Shown: piece by piece, positions 51,645 to 64,000 of the stretch
Layout of the letters: every line of letters starts with the position of its first letter
How positions within the stretch are numbered: position 1 is the first letter of the stretch
DNA from: Nitrospirota bacterium
GTDB lineage: Bacteria; Nitrospirota; Nitrospiria; 2-01-FULL-66-17
Assembly: GCA_049325295.1 (NCBI GenBank)
Contig: JBMOMD010000043.1
Coordinates: 11,578-75,577, forward strand
Length of the DNA stretch: 64,000 nucleotides
Direction of reading: 5' to 3'
The notes under the pieces: model-generated
Databases searched by the model: none
Seen by the model: only the letters and a program-made list of their open reading frames with translations
What the model was told of the DNA's origin: nothing
Translations under genes and position numbers: made by a program

Positions 51645-53510
51645 CTACCGACGGTCGGGCAGCAACGACGAGCCTGCCGCCGACCAGCGCAAGGTCAACA
51701 GATGATACACGGCTATGAACCCCATCAAACAGATGCCGGCGGCGATGGGGCCCCAGGTGACGTACCACGGTGGCGGCACGAGTCTCGCCCCCACCGTATT
51801 CCACCCCACCTCCCGCAAGACGCCGACCCAGATGAGCCACGACCCCGCGAACGCCAACAGAGCGCCCCACACCGGATGCCCGATCGAGGCGTGTCCGGCT
51901 CCGGGAATCACCGCCAAGCAGGCCGCGAACCGACGGCGCGTCTCCCACCGGCGTAATGCCTGCGGGAGCGTGGACCGGGGCGTCACCTTGACGCCCTTGG
52001 CGTAGGATTTCCAGCACGTCGAGCACAACTTGAGGTCGAGAAAGTACCGCTGGCAGCGTCTGCAGACCGACGCTCCGCACGTTTCGCAGGGCGAGGCGGG
52101 TTGATTCGGAAACCACCGTCCCAACAGCCAACAGCCCACGAACAGGGTGAACACCCCGATGGCGACCGGCGTCGAGACGTGACGGCCCACCTCGGACAGC
52201 GCCGTCTGAATCTCCGGAGACGACGGCTGGGTGTGGAGCGCGTCTTTGAGGAGCTCGAAATGCGCCAACGGATAGTCGGCCACGGCGAGCGCGTCGTTGC
52301 GTTGAGCGCGCTCGCCGTACCAGTCGAGCAATCCGGCGTCGATGGCGCGGGCTTTCTGGTACTGCGCCTCGCCGTCCTCGAAGCGGAGGTCGGCTCGGTA
52401 CACTTGGCTCAGGTTATAGAGCACCGGAACCGAATTCGGGACCACCGCCCGCGCCTGTTCATAGAGGGATGCCGACTTCTTGTACTCCCCTCGACGGAAG
52501 AGGAGGTTGCCGTAGTCGGTCAGGAGGCGCGGGTCGTTCGGCCAGCGAATCAGCGCTTCTTCGAACAATGTGGCCGCCTCGTCCGGTCGCCCGGACATGG
52601 CGAGGGCCGAAGCGCGCGCCGCCGCGCCTCGCGCGGAATCGACGATCTCGGCGTCATCCAGCGCCCGAGACGGATCGCGTCCTTCCGCGACCTCGACCAC
52701 CAAGCGGAACTCGGTACTCTGATCAGCGGTCAATAACGGCATGGCGCGAGGAATAATCAGCGCCGCCGCCACCCCGACACCGGCCAGCGCCGTCAGCACG
52801 GCGCGTTCCCGTCTGGAGAGAAACCACCACAACACGACGCCGGGAACAAGAACGAACCACGCGCCCCACCGCACGGCGACGAGGGGCAGGACGACGACCC
52901 ACGCCGCCAAGAGCCCCGCCGTCGGCCTGAACAGTCGGTTTCCGCTCCATTCAACCAACAAATGCCCCAACAGCGGAACCACCCGCATCATGAACACCGC
53001 CATGACCAGGACCGCCGCCGACAACAAGGCGAGAACGGCCGCGGCCAACCATCGGTCGATCCGATAGAGCAGCGACCAAAAATCTTGGAAGGACGCTTTG
53101 AAGGCGGCGATCCATTCTTTGACGCCGGCTACGGCGTTGGGGTTCGGTCCCGAGAAATACACGTTTGCTTGCCACGCGTGCGGCGCCCAGAGTTTCGGAG
53201 ACAGGGCCGACGCGATGCGCGCGAGGTAGAGCGCGGCATCGGTTTCTCCCCGTTTGAGCAGGGCTTCCGCGTCGCGGAGGATGACGTAACTGAGTGATGG
53301 AAACTGATCGACGGTGCTCGCGCGCGCGGCATCGGACACGGCCCGCGCGGCGACCACGACGTCGCTGGAATCGGTCGCCGACGCGACCACGGCGCGGTAG
53401 GCATCCCAAGCGCCCAGGAGTTCAGGTGGGGGGGCGGCGAGGCCTCGGGATGGGGCCGCGCACGCCGCCAACAGCGCGAAGACGAAGACCGCGAGCGTTC
53501 TGGCCGTCAT
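51645..53510 (-). CDS. Polytopic membrane protein with TPR repeats and a CxxC-N12-CxxC zinc ribbon
   Basis: Signal/TM N-terminus. TPR-like AxxLxxxG repeats. CETCGASVCRRCQRYFLDLKLCSTC. ATGA overlap with the plsY stop. The track's upstream 198 codons are rejected. Confidence 0.6.
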   Translation of the reverse strand: MTARTLAVFVFALLAACAAPSRGLAAPPPELLGAWDAYRAVVASATDSSDVVVAARAVSDAARASTVDQFPSLSYVILRDAEALLKRGETDAALYLARIASALSPKLWAPHAWQANVYFSGPNPNAVAGVKEWIAAFKASFQDFWSLLYRIDRWLAAAVLALLSAAVLVMAVFMMRVVPLLGHLLVEWSGNRLFRPTAGLLAAWVVVLPLVAVRWGAWFVLVPGVVLWWFLSRRERAVLTALAGVGVAAALIIPRAMPLLTADQSTEFRLVVEVAEGRDPSRALDDAEIVDSARGAAARASALAMSGRPDEAATLFEEALIRWPNDPRLLTDYGNLLFRRGEYKKSASLYEQARAVVPNSVPVLYNLSQVYRADLRFEDGEAQYQKARAIDAGLLDWYGERAQRNDALAVADYPLAHFELLKDALHTQPSSPEIQTALSEVGRHVSTPVAIGVFTLFVGCWLLGRWFPNQPASPCETCGASVCRRCQRYFLDLKLCSTCWKSYAKGVKVTPRSTLPQALRRWETRRRFAACLAVIPGAGHASIGHPVWGALLAFAGSWLIWVGVLREVGWNTVGARLVPPPWYVTWGPIAAGICLMGFIAVYHLLTLRWSAAGSSLLPDRR

Positions 53511-54124
53511 CCCGCGCGACGCCCGATCGGCGATTCGGTTCCGCGCAGCAGGCGCCGGATATTGTCGTAATGACGAATGAGGATCGCCGCGGCGACGATC
53601 ACCGCGAAGACGTGAATCGACGGCCGTCCCGTCAGAAAAACGGCGATCGGCAGCGCGACGGCCGCCGTGATGCTGGCCAGCGACACATATCGGAATACCG
53701 CCAAGATGCCGCTCCACACCGCGAGAACCCCCAACGCGATCACCGGCGACAACGCCGCCAAGGCGCCGATGCCGGTGGCGACGCCCTTGCCGCCCCGAAA
53801 TCCCGTCCACACCGGAAACGTGTGTCCCAGCACCACCGCAATCCCGGAAATTTGCGCCCACAGTCCCGTGTGATCCGCAGTCAGGCTGAGGGCCGTCCAC
53901 ACCGCGACGAACCCTTTGCCGGCATCCAGTAGAAACGTCGCGGCCGCGGGACCTTTGCCCGCGACCCGCAATACGTTGGTGCTCCCGATGTTTCCGCTTC
54001 CCTTCGTCCTGGGATCGGCGGCGCCGACCCAGCGAGCGACCAACACGCCGAAAGGAATCGTGCCAAGCATATACGCGAACAACGTAATCGCCAAGCCGCT
54101 CCACGGGAATGCGCCCGACGTCAT
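53507..54124 (-). CDS. plsY: Glycerol-3-phosphate acyltransferase PlsY
   Basis: GSGNIGSTNVLR motif. ATGA overlap with pgsA. Confidence 0.85.
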   Translation of the reverse strand: MTSGAFPWSGLAITLFAYMLGTIPFGVLVARWVGAADPRTKGSGNIGSTNVLRVAGKGPAAATFLLDAGKGFVAVWTALSLTADHTGLWAQISGIAVVLGHTFPVWTGFRGGKGVATGIGALAALSPVIALGVLAVWSGILAVFRYVSLASITAAVALPIAVFLTGRPSIHVFAVIVAAAILIRHYDNIRRLLRGTESPIGRRAG

Positions 54125-54690
54125 GGCGTGGACGCCGATCCGATCGTACGACGATACGTGGCGGCGTACTGCCAGCCGGAGACGAGCGCCAGCGCCGTGG
54201 CCGCGACGAGCAGGCCGAGTCCGACGGGATGCGCCCACGCGGGTAAGGCCGGCTCCAAAATCAACACGATCACCGCGGCCGTTTGCGCCGCCATTTTCCA
54301 CTTGCCGAGCCGATCGGCCGCGATAATGTGCCCGTCGATCGCCGCCACGGCCCGCAACGCGGTGATGGCGAACTCCCGCGCGAGCAGAATGATGACCAAC
54401 CATCCCGGGGCTCGCTGGGCCTCCACCAACACCACCAACGCGGCCAGCACAAGCACCTTGTCCGCGATCGGGTCCAGCAATTTGCCCAAATCGGTAATTT
54501 GTTGACGTCGCCGAGCCACATAGCCGTCCAGCCAATCGGTCACGGACGCCACCGCGAACACCGCCGCGGACAACACGGCGATGAACGGAGACGGTTCGAT
54601 GAGGAACAAGGCGACGAACACGGGGATCAACCCGATGCGAGACAGCGTCAGGAGGTTGGGGAGATTGAGGGACTGTCCGCGGCGATTCAT
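54121..54690 (-). CDS. pgsA: CDP-diacylglycerol--glycerol-3-phosphate 3-phosphatidyltransferase
   Basis: CDP-alcohol phosphatidyltransferase motif DxxDGxxAR...G...DxxxD (DWLDGYVARRR...DPIADK). Confidence 0.8.
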   Translation of the reverse strand: MNRRGQSLNLPNLLTLSRIGLIPVFVALFLIEPSPFIAVLSAAVFAVASVTDWLDGYVARRRQQITDLGKLLDPIADKVLVLAALVVLVEAQRAPGWLVIILLAREFAITALRAVAAIDGHIIAADRLGKWKMAAQTAAVIVLILEPALPAWAHPVGLGLLVAATALALVSGWQYAATYRRTIGSASTP

Positions 54691-55652
54691 GCGCGGAGCG
54701 TACCGGCGGACGTCCGGCTCGCCAGGGGCCGTTCCTCGGCGCGCGGCGATGAGGCATCGGGACGCCGTTTCCAGCGCCGATGAAACCAAATCCATTGATC
54801 GGGGTGCGCGCGGATGTGCCGCTCGATCATCCGCGTCAAGCGCGCGGTGTTCTCGACCACGTCGCGCTCGGGATCGCCGGTTCGGATCAAGTCGATCGGT
54901 CCCTCCAGCAGCACCCGGTGTCGTGAAGCGCCTTCCCGGAGCAGGAAGCCGCAGATGACCCGCGCGTCCGTGCGAAGAGCCAACGCCGCGGCCCCGACCG
55001 GGGTATGCGCGAGGCGTCCGAAAAACGGCACGAACGCGCCGTCGACGTCGGTATCTTGGTCGATCAACATGCCCAACACGGCGTTGCGGCGAAGGGAGGA
55101 CAGCAGTTGGCGCGCCGCCGAGGGGCTTCCGCGACGAATGGTTTCGACGCCGTGCACGGCTCGCGCCGCCACCAGACGTCGGTCGAGTCGCTCATCGTAC
55201 GCCGGCGTGGCCACCACCGACGCGTCGTATCCGCGACGCGCCACCAGCGCGGCAAGGAGTTCCCAATTGCCGATATGGCCGGTGACGAAGATGACGCCCT
55301 GTCCCGCGGCCAACGCCGTTTGGAGCCGGTCCTCGCCGTCGAACTCGCACCACCGTTCCACCCGCGTGCGCGGACGACGCGAGAACATGAGGACTTCCAT
55401 CGCCGCTCGTCCCAGATTGGCCAATGAAACCCGGCCGACGCGGACCCGCTCCGCGTCGGTCAGCTCGGGCAAGGAAGCCGCCAGATTTTGGATCGCGAGC
55501 CGACGCGCCGACGGCAGCGCGTACCACGCCAGCGTGCCGAGTCCCCCGCCGATGGCGACGCCCATCCGCCACGGAATGAGCGAGGCGGTCGCGGAGACGG
55601 CGTCGAGCGCGACCACGATGAGGCCTCTGATCAGCCGTTGGCCCGCTCTCAC
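54687..55652 (-). CDS. lpxL: Lipid A biosynthesis (Kdo)2-lipid IVA acyltransferase (LpxL/HtrB family)
   Basis: HtrB-family HIGNWE catalytic motif. GTG start in GTGA overlap with the kdsC stop. Confidence 0.75.
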   Translation of the reverse strand: MRAGQRLIRGLIVVALDAVSATASLIPWRMGVAIGGGLGTLAWYALPSARRLAIQNLAASLPELTDAERVRVGRVSLANLGRAAMEVLMFSRRPRTRVERWCEFDGEDRLQTALAAGQGVIFVTGHIGNWELLAALVARRGYDASVVATPAYDERLDRRLVAARAVHGVETIRRGSPSAARQLLSSLRRNAVLGMLIDQDTDVDGAFVPFFGRLAHTPVGAAALALRTDARVICGFLLREGASRHRVLLEGPIDLIRTGDPERDVVENTARLTRMIERHIRAHPDQWIWFHRRWKRRPDASSPRAEERPLASRTSAGTLRA

Positions 55653-56164
55653 GGCGCCTTCACCCGGCGGGCGCGGAGCAGCAGGTCGCAGACCTCGCGC
55701 ACCGCGCCGTCCCCGCCCCTTCGCGTGGTGACGTAGTGGGCCGATCGTTTGGCCGCGTCGTGTGCGTTCCGAACGGACAACGCCAACCCCGCGCGCCGGA
55801 GAATCGGCGCGTCCGGCGCGTCGTCTCCCATGTAGGCGATTTGTCGGTCGGTGAGGCCGCGGCGCGCCAGCAGCGCCTCGTAGACGATCAACTTGTCGGC
55901 CGCGCCCTGATGCACTTCCGCGAGTCCGAGTTCCTGGGCCCGACGATCCACGATCGCGGAACGCCGACCGCTCAAGATCCCGACTTCGATACCGGCCGCC
56001 GCGAGTTGTTTGATGCCGTGACCGTCGTGGATGTGAAAGGACTTGATTTCCTGTCCGTCGCTCGTGAAGGTCACGAGCCCGTCGGTCAAGACGCCGTCCA
56101 CGTCCAGGAGGAGAAAGCGGACGGCCTTGGCTCTGGCGGAGAGTCGGCGCGACCAGGCGCTCAT
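55649..56164 (-). CDS. kdsC: 3-deoxy-D-manno-octulosonate 8-phosphate phosphatase (HAD)
   Basis: HAD motif I LLDVDGVLTDG. Start placed by arithmetic. The track's upstream extension is rejected. Confidence 0.8.
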   Translation of the reverse strand: MSAWSRRLSARAKAVRFLLLDVDGVLTDGLVTFTSDGQEIKSFHIHDGHGIKQLAAAGIEVGILSGRRSAIVDRRAQELGLAEVHQGAADKLIVYEALLARRGLTDRQIAYMGDDAPDAPILRRAGLALSVRNAHDAAKRSAHYVTTRRGGDGAVREVCDLLLRARRVKAP

Positions 56165-56172
56165 CGCGGTGC

Positions 56173-57131
56173 TCAGGCGATGCCGGCTTTCAAGAGATCG
56201 TGCAGATGCACCACGCCCTCGACCCGTTGGTCCGCGGCCGAGACCACGAGCGAGGTGATGGCGTGGCGTTCCATGACCGCGAGCGCTTCGGCCGCCAACG
56301 CCGCGGCGTGAATGGTCTTGGGATGAACCGTCATCACGTCGCGCGCTCGGCGTTGCAGAATGTCGTGGTCGTCCTTTCCCAGTACGCGCCGGATGTCCCC
56401 GTCGGTCACCACCCCCAGCAATCGACCGTTTGAATCGAGCACCGTGGTCATGCCGAGTTTCTTGGACCCGATCTCGTAGATCACGTCGCGAAGCACGGCA
56501 TCGGGCGCCACGCGGGGAATCAGGGCGTCGCGGTGCATGAGCTGCTCGACCGTCAACAATAGCCGCCGTCCCAAGGCGCCGCCGGGGTGGTACCGCGCGA
56601 AATCGTCCGGTTGGACGCCGCGGTGTTCCAACAGCGCCATGGCCAGCGCGTCGCCGAGCGCCAAGGCCGCCGTGGTGCTCGACGTGGGCGCGAGCGACAG
56701 CGGGCACGCCTCTTCCGCCACGCTCACGTCCAAGACTACGTCACTGGCCTCGGCCAACGACGAGCGCGGCTTGCCGGTCAGACTGATCAGCGCGAGGTTC
56801 ATGCGTTTGATCGCGGGCAAGATGGCCAGGAGTTCTTCGGTCTCTCCGCTGTTGGAAAGCGCGATCACCACGTCGCCGCGGGTCACCATGCCGAGATCGC
56901 CGTGAATCCCTTCCGCGGGATGGAGGAACGCGGCGGGCACGCCGATGCTCGCGAGCGTGGCCGCGAGCTTTCGACCGATGTGACCGGATTTGCCCATGCC
57001 GGTGACGATGACCCGGCCGTGGCAGTCGTTGATCACGTGCACCGCGCGTTCGAACCGCTCGTCGAGCCGGTCCATCAACGCCAGAATCGCTTTGGCTTCG
57101 ATTTCGAGGACCTGCCGGCCTCTGGCGAGAA

Positions 57132-57135
<4 letters not shown>
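56173..57135 (-). CDS. kdsD: Arabinose-5-phosphate isomerase (SIS plus CBS pair)
   Basis: SIS motif [13 protein letters not shown] and tandem CBS domains. ATGA overlap with kdsA. Confidence 0.88.
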
Positions 57136-60356
<3,221 letters not shown>

Positions 60357-60360
<4 letters not shown>

Positions 60361-61361
60361 CCCACGCCTCCGGCCAGATATTCGTCGAGCTGTCTGTTCA
60401 GCGCGTCCGGGGTGACCGCCGCGGTGCCGACCACGCCCACCACGTACCCGGCCGCGCAATTGGCGAGCCGCGCCGCGTCGGCCAACGGCGCGCCGATGGA
60501 GCGCGCGGCCGCCAGCGCGGCGATCACGGTGTCGCCCGCGCCGGTCACGTCGAACACTTGTTTGGCGACGGTGGGGATGTGCGTGACGCCGCCGTCCCGT
60601 TCGAACAAGGACATGCCCTGTTCGCCGCGCGTGACCAGCACCGCGGCCGCGCCGAGGCGTTCCAATAAAACGCGTCCGGCGTGCGCCAGCGTCGAGGCGT
60701 CCACGATGTCCACCCCGCTGGCCTGCGACGCTTCCAGGTGGTTCGGGGTGACGACGTGAACGCCGGAATAACAGGCCATGTTCGAGACTTTGGGATCGAC
60801 CAGGATCTCGACGCCTCGCCGAGTGGCCGCGGTCCGCACGCGATCCATCAACTCGGAGGAGACCACTCCCTTGGCGTAGTCCGAGACCACCAGGCAGTTG
60901 GCCCCGTCCAGACGAGCCTCCACCGCGTCGATCAACGCGTCGCGCGTTTTGACGAGCAAGGGCGCGCGCCGCTCTCGATCCACGCGCACGACTTGTTGTT
61001 GGTGGGCGATGACGCGGGTCTTTTGCGAGGTGGGCCGTCCGCTCTCGGCCAGCACGCCGTTCACCGAGGCGCCCCGGGCGCGCAACAGATCGAGCAAGGA
61101 GGCCCCCGGCGCGTCGTCTCCGACCACGCCGCACAGCGAAACCGTCGCGCCCAGCGACAACAGATTGAGGAACACGTTGCCGGCGCCGCCGAGCAGGACC
61201 GACTCCGACGTGACTTCGACCACCGGCACCGGAGCTTCCGGAGAAATCCGCGAGACGCGGCCCCAGATAAAGCGGTCCAGCATCAGGTCGCCCAGAACGA
61301 CCACGCGAGCCTGAGACAACCTCGAGGCCAAGTCTCGCAAACGCGTCGAGTCCACCGTCAC
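60357..61361 (-). CDS. D-glycero-beta-D-manno-heptose-7-phosphate kinase (HldE domain I / RfaE kinase, PfkB family), monofunctional
   Basis: PfkB/ribokinase motifs (GGAGNV..., DVTGAGDT). 334 aa with no adenylyltransferase domain. Confidence 0.8.
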
Positions 61362-61437
61362 GTCCAGTCGCTCCCCTGTTTGATCACGGCGGCAAGGGTC
61401 GATATCACGCTGCGACCGCAGCGTACCATACTTCGGA

Positions 61438-62043
61438 TCACTGAATCACCCGTCCGATACGGGACCACCGCACCCACGTGTCGGCACCGTCCCACGACCA
61501 ATAAATCAGGAACGCCTTGCCCCGAATCTTGTTGAGCTTCACGAACCCCCAAAAACGGCTGTCCAGGCTATGATCGCGGTTATCGCCCATCACGAAATAC
61601 GACCCCGGCGGAACCGTAACCGGACCGAAAAAATCGCGACGCTCCTGGCGGAGCTCGGGATCGGCGTGTTGGATGTGTGTGGTATCGGCCAACTTGCCGT
61701 TGACGTACACCGCTTTGTTACGGACCTCGACGATGTCTCCGGGTTCCCCGACCACACGCTTGATGAAGTCTTTGCTCTCGTCCTCCGGGTATTTGAACAC
61801 CACAATGTCCCCGTGGGTCGGCGTGGACACCGGAAACAGGATTTGATCGGTGAACGGCAGCTTGATCCCGTACACGAACTTGTTGACCAGAATGTGGTCG
61901 CCGATCGACAACGTGGGGATCATGGACCCGGAAGGAATCTTGAACGCCTGGACCACGAACGTCCGGATCGTCAGGGCGAGCAGGATCGCCAGAGCGAACG
62001 CTTCCGCGTACTCGCGGATGACGGATTTGTTCCGCGTCGCCAT
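61438..62043 (-). CDS. lepB: Signal peptidase I
   Basis: SGSMIPTL (Ser) and GDNRDHSLDSR (Lys box region) motifs. Start MATRNK placed at 62043. Confidence 0.85.
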   Translation of the reverse strand: MATRNKSVIREYAEAFALAILLALTIRTFVVQAFKIPSGSMIPTLSIGDHILVNKFVYGIKLPFTDQILFPVSTPTHGDIVVFKYPEDESKDFIKRVVGEPGDIVEVRNKAVYVNGKLADTTHIQHADPELRQERRDFFGPVTVPPGSYFVMGDNRDHSLDSRFWGFVKLNKIRGKAFLIYWSWDGADTWVRWSRIGRVIQ

Positions 62044-62051
62044 GCCCCGAA

Positions 62052-63848
62052 TCAGTCGGTCACTTTCAGGAGCGCCAGGAAGGCTTCCTGAGGGATCTCG
62101 ACCCGGCCGACCTGCTTCATGCGTTTCTTGCCTTCCTTCTGTTTTTCCCATAATTTCCGTTTGCGGCTGATGTCGCCTCCATAACATTTCGCGGTCACGT
62201 TCTTCTTGAGCGCGCCGACCGTCTCGCGTGCGATCACGCGGCTGCCGATCGCGGCCTGAATCGCAATTTCAAACATCTGCCGCGGAATAAATTCCCGCAT
62301 CTTCTCCACCAGTTGGCGTCCTCGGGACGTGGCCTTGCTGCGGTGCGCGATGCAGGACAGGGCGTCCACCGTTTCTCCGTTCAATAAGATGTCCAGTTTG
62401 ATCAGATCGCTCGGTTCGTACCCGGTGACTTCGTAATCGAACGAGGCGTACCCACGGCTGATCGACTTGAGGCGGTCGTAGAAATCGAGAATCACTTCAT
62501 TGAGCGGCAGCCGATAGGTCAACATTAGGCGTTTGACGTCGAGGTACTTCATATCCAATTGCGTGCCGCGGCGCTCCTCGCAAAGCCGCAACAACGCGCC
62601 CAGATACTCCTCAGGCGTAATAATGGTCGCGCGGATCATCGGCTCTTCGAACGTGGCGATCTTCTGCACGTCCGGAAGCTTGGCCGGATTCTCGATGTGC
62701 AGGACCTCGCCCTTGAGAGTCGTCACCCGGTACACCACGGTGGGGGCAGTGCTGATCAACGCGAGGTGATACTCCCGTTCCAAACGCTCGCGGATGATCT
62801 CCATGTGCAGCAGGCCCAAGAATCCGCAGCGGAATCCGAATCCCAGTGCCAGCGAGGTTTCCGGCTCGAATGAAAACGATGAGTCGTTGAGCCGCAGCTT
62901 TTCCAGCGCGTCCCGCAGCGCCTCAAAGTCCGCACTGTCGACGCTGTAGAGCCCGCAGAACACCATGGGTTTGACGTCGGCGTACCCCGGGCACGGCTCG
63001 ATGGTCGGACGCGCCGCATCGGTCACCGTGTCGCCGATCTTGGTGTCCGCCACGTTCTTGATCCCGGCGACGATATACCCCACGTCACCCGCGGCTAACT
63101 CGTCGGTCGGTAGCCGCTTGGGCGTGAAGACGCCGACCGAGTCCACGATGTGGGCCTTGCCCGCGGCCATAAGGAGAATCTTGGTGCCGGCCCGGACGCG
63201 GCCGTCCATGACGCGCGCAAGGATGATTGCTCCTTGATAGTTGTCGAACCACGAATCCACGATCAGCGCTTTGAGCGGCGCCGCGGCATCGCCGCGCGGC
63301 GGCGGGATACGCCGTACGATCGTCTCCAGAATCTCCGAGATTCCAATGCCTTCTTTGGCGCTGGCCAAGATGGCTTCGGACGCATCGATGGCCAACACGT
63401 CTTCGATCTCCCGTTTCACCTTGTCCACGTCGGCGCTGGGTAAGTCGATCTTGTTGATCACGGGAATGATGGCGAGATTGCTGGCAAACGCGAGCTGCGC
63501 GTTGGCGATGGTTTGCGCTTCAACACCCTGGGTCGCGTCCACGATCAGGAGCGCGCCTTCGCAGGCGGCCAGGCTCCGCGAGACCTCATACGTGAAGTCC
63601 ACGTGCCCGGGAGTATCGATCAGGTTGAAGTCGTACGTTCGCCCGTCCGCGGCGCGGTATTGCAGGCGAACCGCGTGCGCTTTGATGGTGATTCCCCGCT
63701 CGCGCTCCAGGTCCATGTCATCCAAAACCTGTTCGCGCAATTCGCGGGCAGTCAGCGCTCCGGTTTGTTCGAGGAGCCGGTCCGCGAGCGTTGATTTCCC
63801 ATGATCGATATGGGCAATGATCGAAAAATTTCTGGTGGTTTCAAGCAA
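62052..63848 (-). CDS. lepA: Elongation factor 4 (LepA)
   Basis: [14 protein letters not shown] GTPase motif. 598 aa. TTG start. Confidence 0.93.
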   Translation of the reverse strand: MLETTRNFSIIAHIDHGKSTLADRLLEQTGALTARELREQVLDDMDLERERGITIKAHAVRLQYRAADGRTYDFNLIDTPGHVDFTYEVSRSLAACEGALLIVDATQGVEAQTIANAQLAFASNLAIIPVINKIDLPSADVDKVKREIEDVLAIDASEAILASAKEGIGISEILETIVRRIPPPRGDAAAPLKALIVDSWFDNYQGAIILARVMDGRVRAGTKILLMAAGKAHIVDSVGVFTPKRLPTDELAAGDVGYIVAGIKNVADTKIGDTVTDAARPTIEPCPGYADVKPMVFCGLYSVDSADFEALRDALEKLRLNDSSFSFEPETSLALGFGFRCGFLGLLHMEIIRERLEREYHLALISTAPTVVYRVTTLKGEVLHIENPAKLPDVQKIATFEEPMIRATIITPEEYLGALLRLCEERRGTQLDMKYLDVKRLMLTYRLPLNEVILDFYDRLKSISRGYASFDYEVTGYEPSDLIKLDILLNGETVDALSCIAHRSKATSRGRQLVEKMREFIPRQMFEIAIQAAIGSRVIARETVGALKKNVTAKCYGGDISRKRKLWEKQKEGKKRMKQVGRVEIPQEAFLALLKVTD

Positions 63849-63883
63849 CGGGATTCTGCGCGGCCGGATGAAAAAATCACCAG

Positions 63884-63912
63884 ATTATAGGAAGTTCAAT
63901 GCTCAAAGTCAA
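63884..63912 (-). promoter_or_regulatory. Consensus sigma-70 promoter TTGACT-N17-TATAAT on the minus strand, with an upstream T8 tract, for lepA
   Basis: Reverse complement of 63884-63912. TSS predicted ~30 nt upstream of the lepA start. Confidence 0.6.
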
Positions 63913-64000
63913 AAAAAACGGCCTCTCACGCGGAGCGTCTTGACAGCTATTGTTCGTCAGATATGCTGGATCTCACGCTGCGAGGGAGACGGATGAGCCC

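Noticed and set aside
63930-63960. Plus-strand promoter TTGACA (63940) driving a gene beyond the window end
   Set aside because: No acceptable -10 lies at 16-18 nt spacing. The same region is better explained as the upstream/UP region of the strong minus-strand lepA promoter.

Overview
This window is high-GC (~67%) chromosomal DNA from a diderm (Gram-negative) bacterium. Many of the long ORFs in the six-frame track are antisense or alternate-frame artefacts of the GC content, and I have resolved real genes by recognisable protein families and start/stop arithmetic.

Left part: lptC (5' partial), lptA, lptB, rpoN, hpf, rapZ and ubiX. Then a zinc-ribbon/DUF898 membrane protein paired with an M48 metallopeptidase, followed by glyQ, glyS and ppdK.

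Middle part: an apparent chromosomal integron. Its integrase is class-1-like, carries a ~120 aa N-terminal extension, and is encoded in the same orientation as its cassettes. attI-like direct repeats follow the integrase. The first cassette is low-GC, encodes a PD-(D/E)xK protein, and ends in a textbook attC. The second cassette is a GNAT gene truncated by a Y1 HUH transposase (RAYT / IS200-like) element with 12-bp inverted termini. Downstream lie DoxX, VOC and two ankyrin genes, archease-rtcB, a membrane-anchored Fe-ADH fusion, a DUF814 protein, dCMP deaminase, a globin-like gene, a CBS protein, tRNA-Arg(CCT), a PilZ protein, a methyltransferase, an HlyD adaptor with two FtsX permeases but no ATPase, and a GGDEF-EAL sensor.

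Right part: pyrR-pyrB-pyrC-carA-carB-greA, then pyrD, a SAM hydroxide adenosyltransferase-like gene and pyk. After that comes a 13-gene co-directional envelope 'super-operon' on the minus strand: lepA, lepB, a heptose-7-P kinase, kdsB, pyrG, kdsA, kdsD, kdsC, lpxL, pgsA, plsY, a TPR/zinc-ribbon membrane protein and a DUF4388/MshEN protein. Seven of its 12 junctions are ATGA/GTGA start-stop overlaps.

The most striking non-genic signal is a 4-copy family of ~123 bp structured inverted-repeat elements. All four are co-oriented on the + strand, each begins 1-4 nt after the stop codon of a + strand gene (rpoN, a hypothetical, pyrR, greA), and the stems carry compensatory base changes between copies. 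Other non-genic signals are a 113-bp AT-rich island, a C6/G6 homopolymer palindrome, and two near-identical promoter-like motifs.
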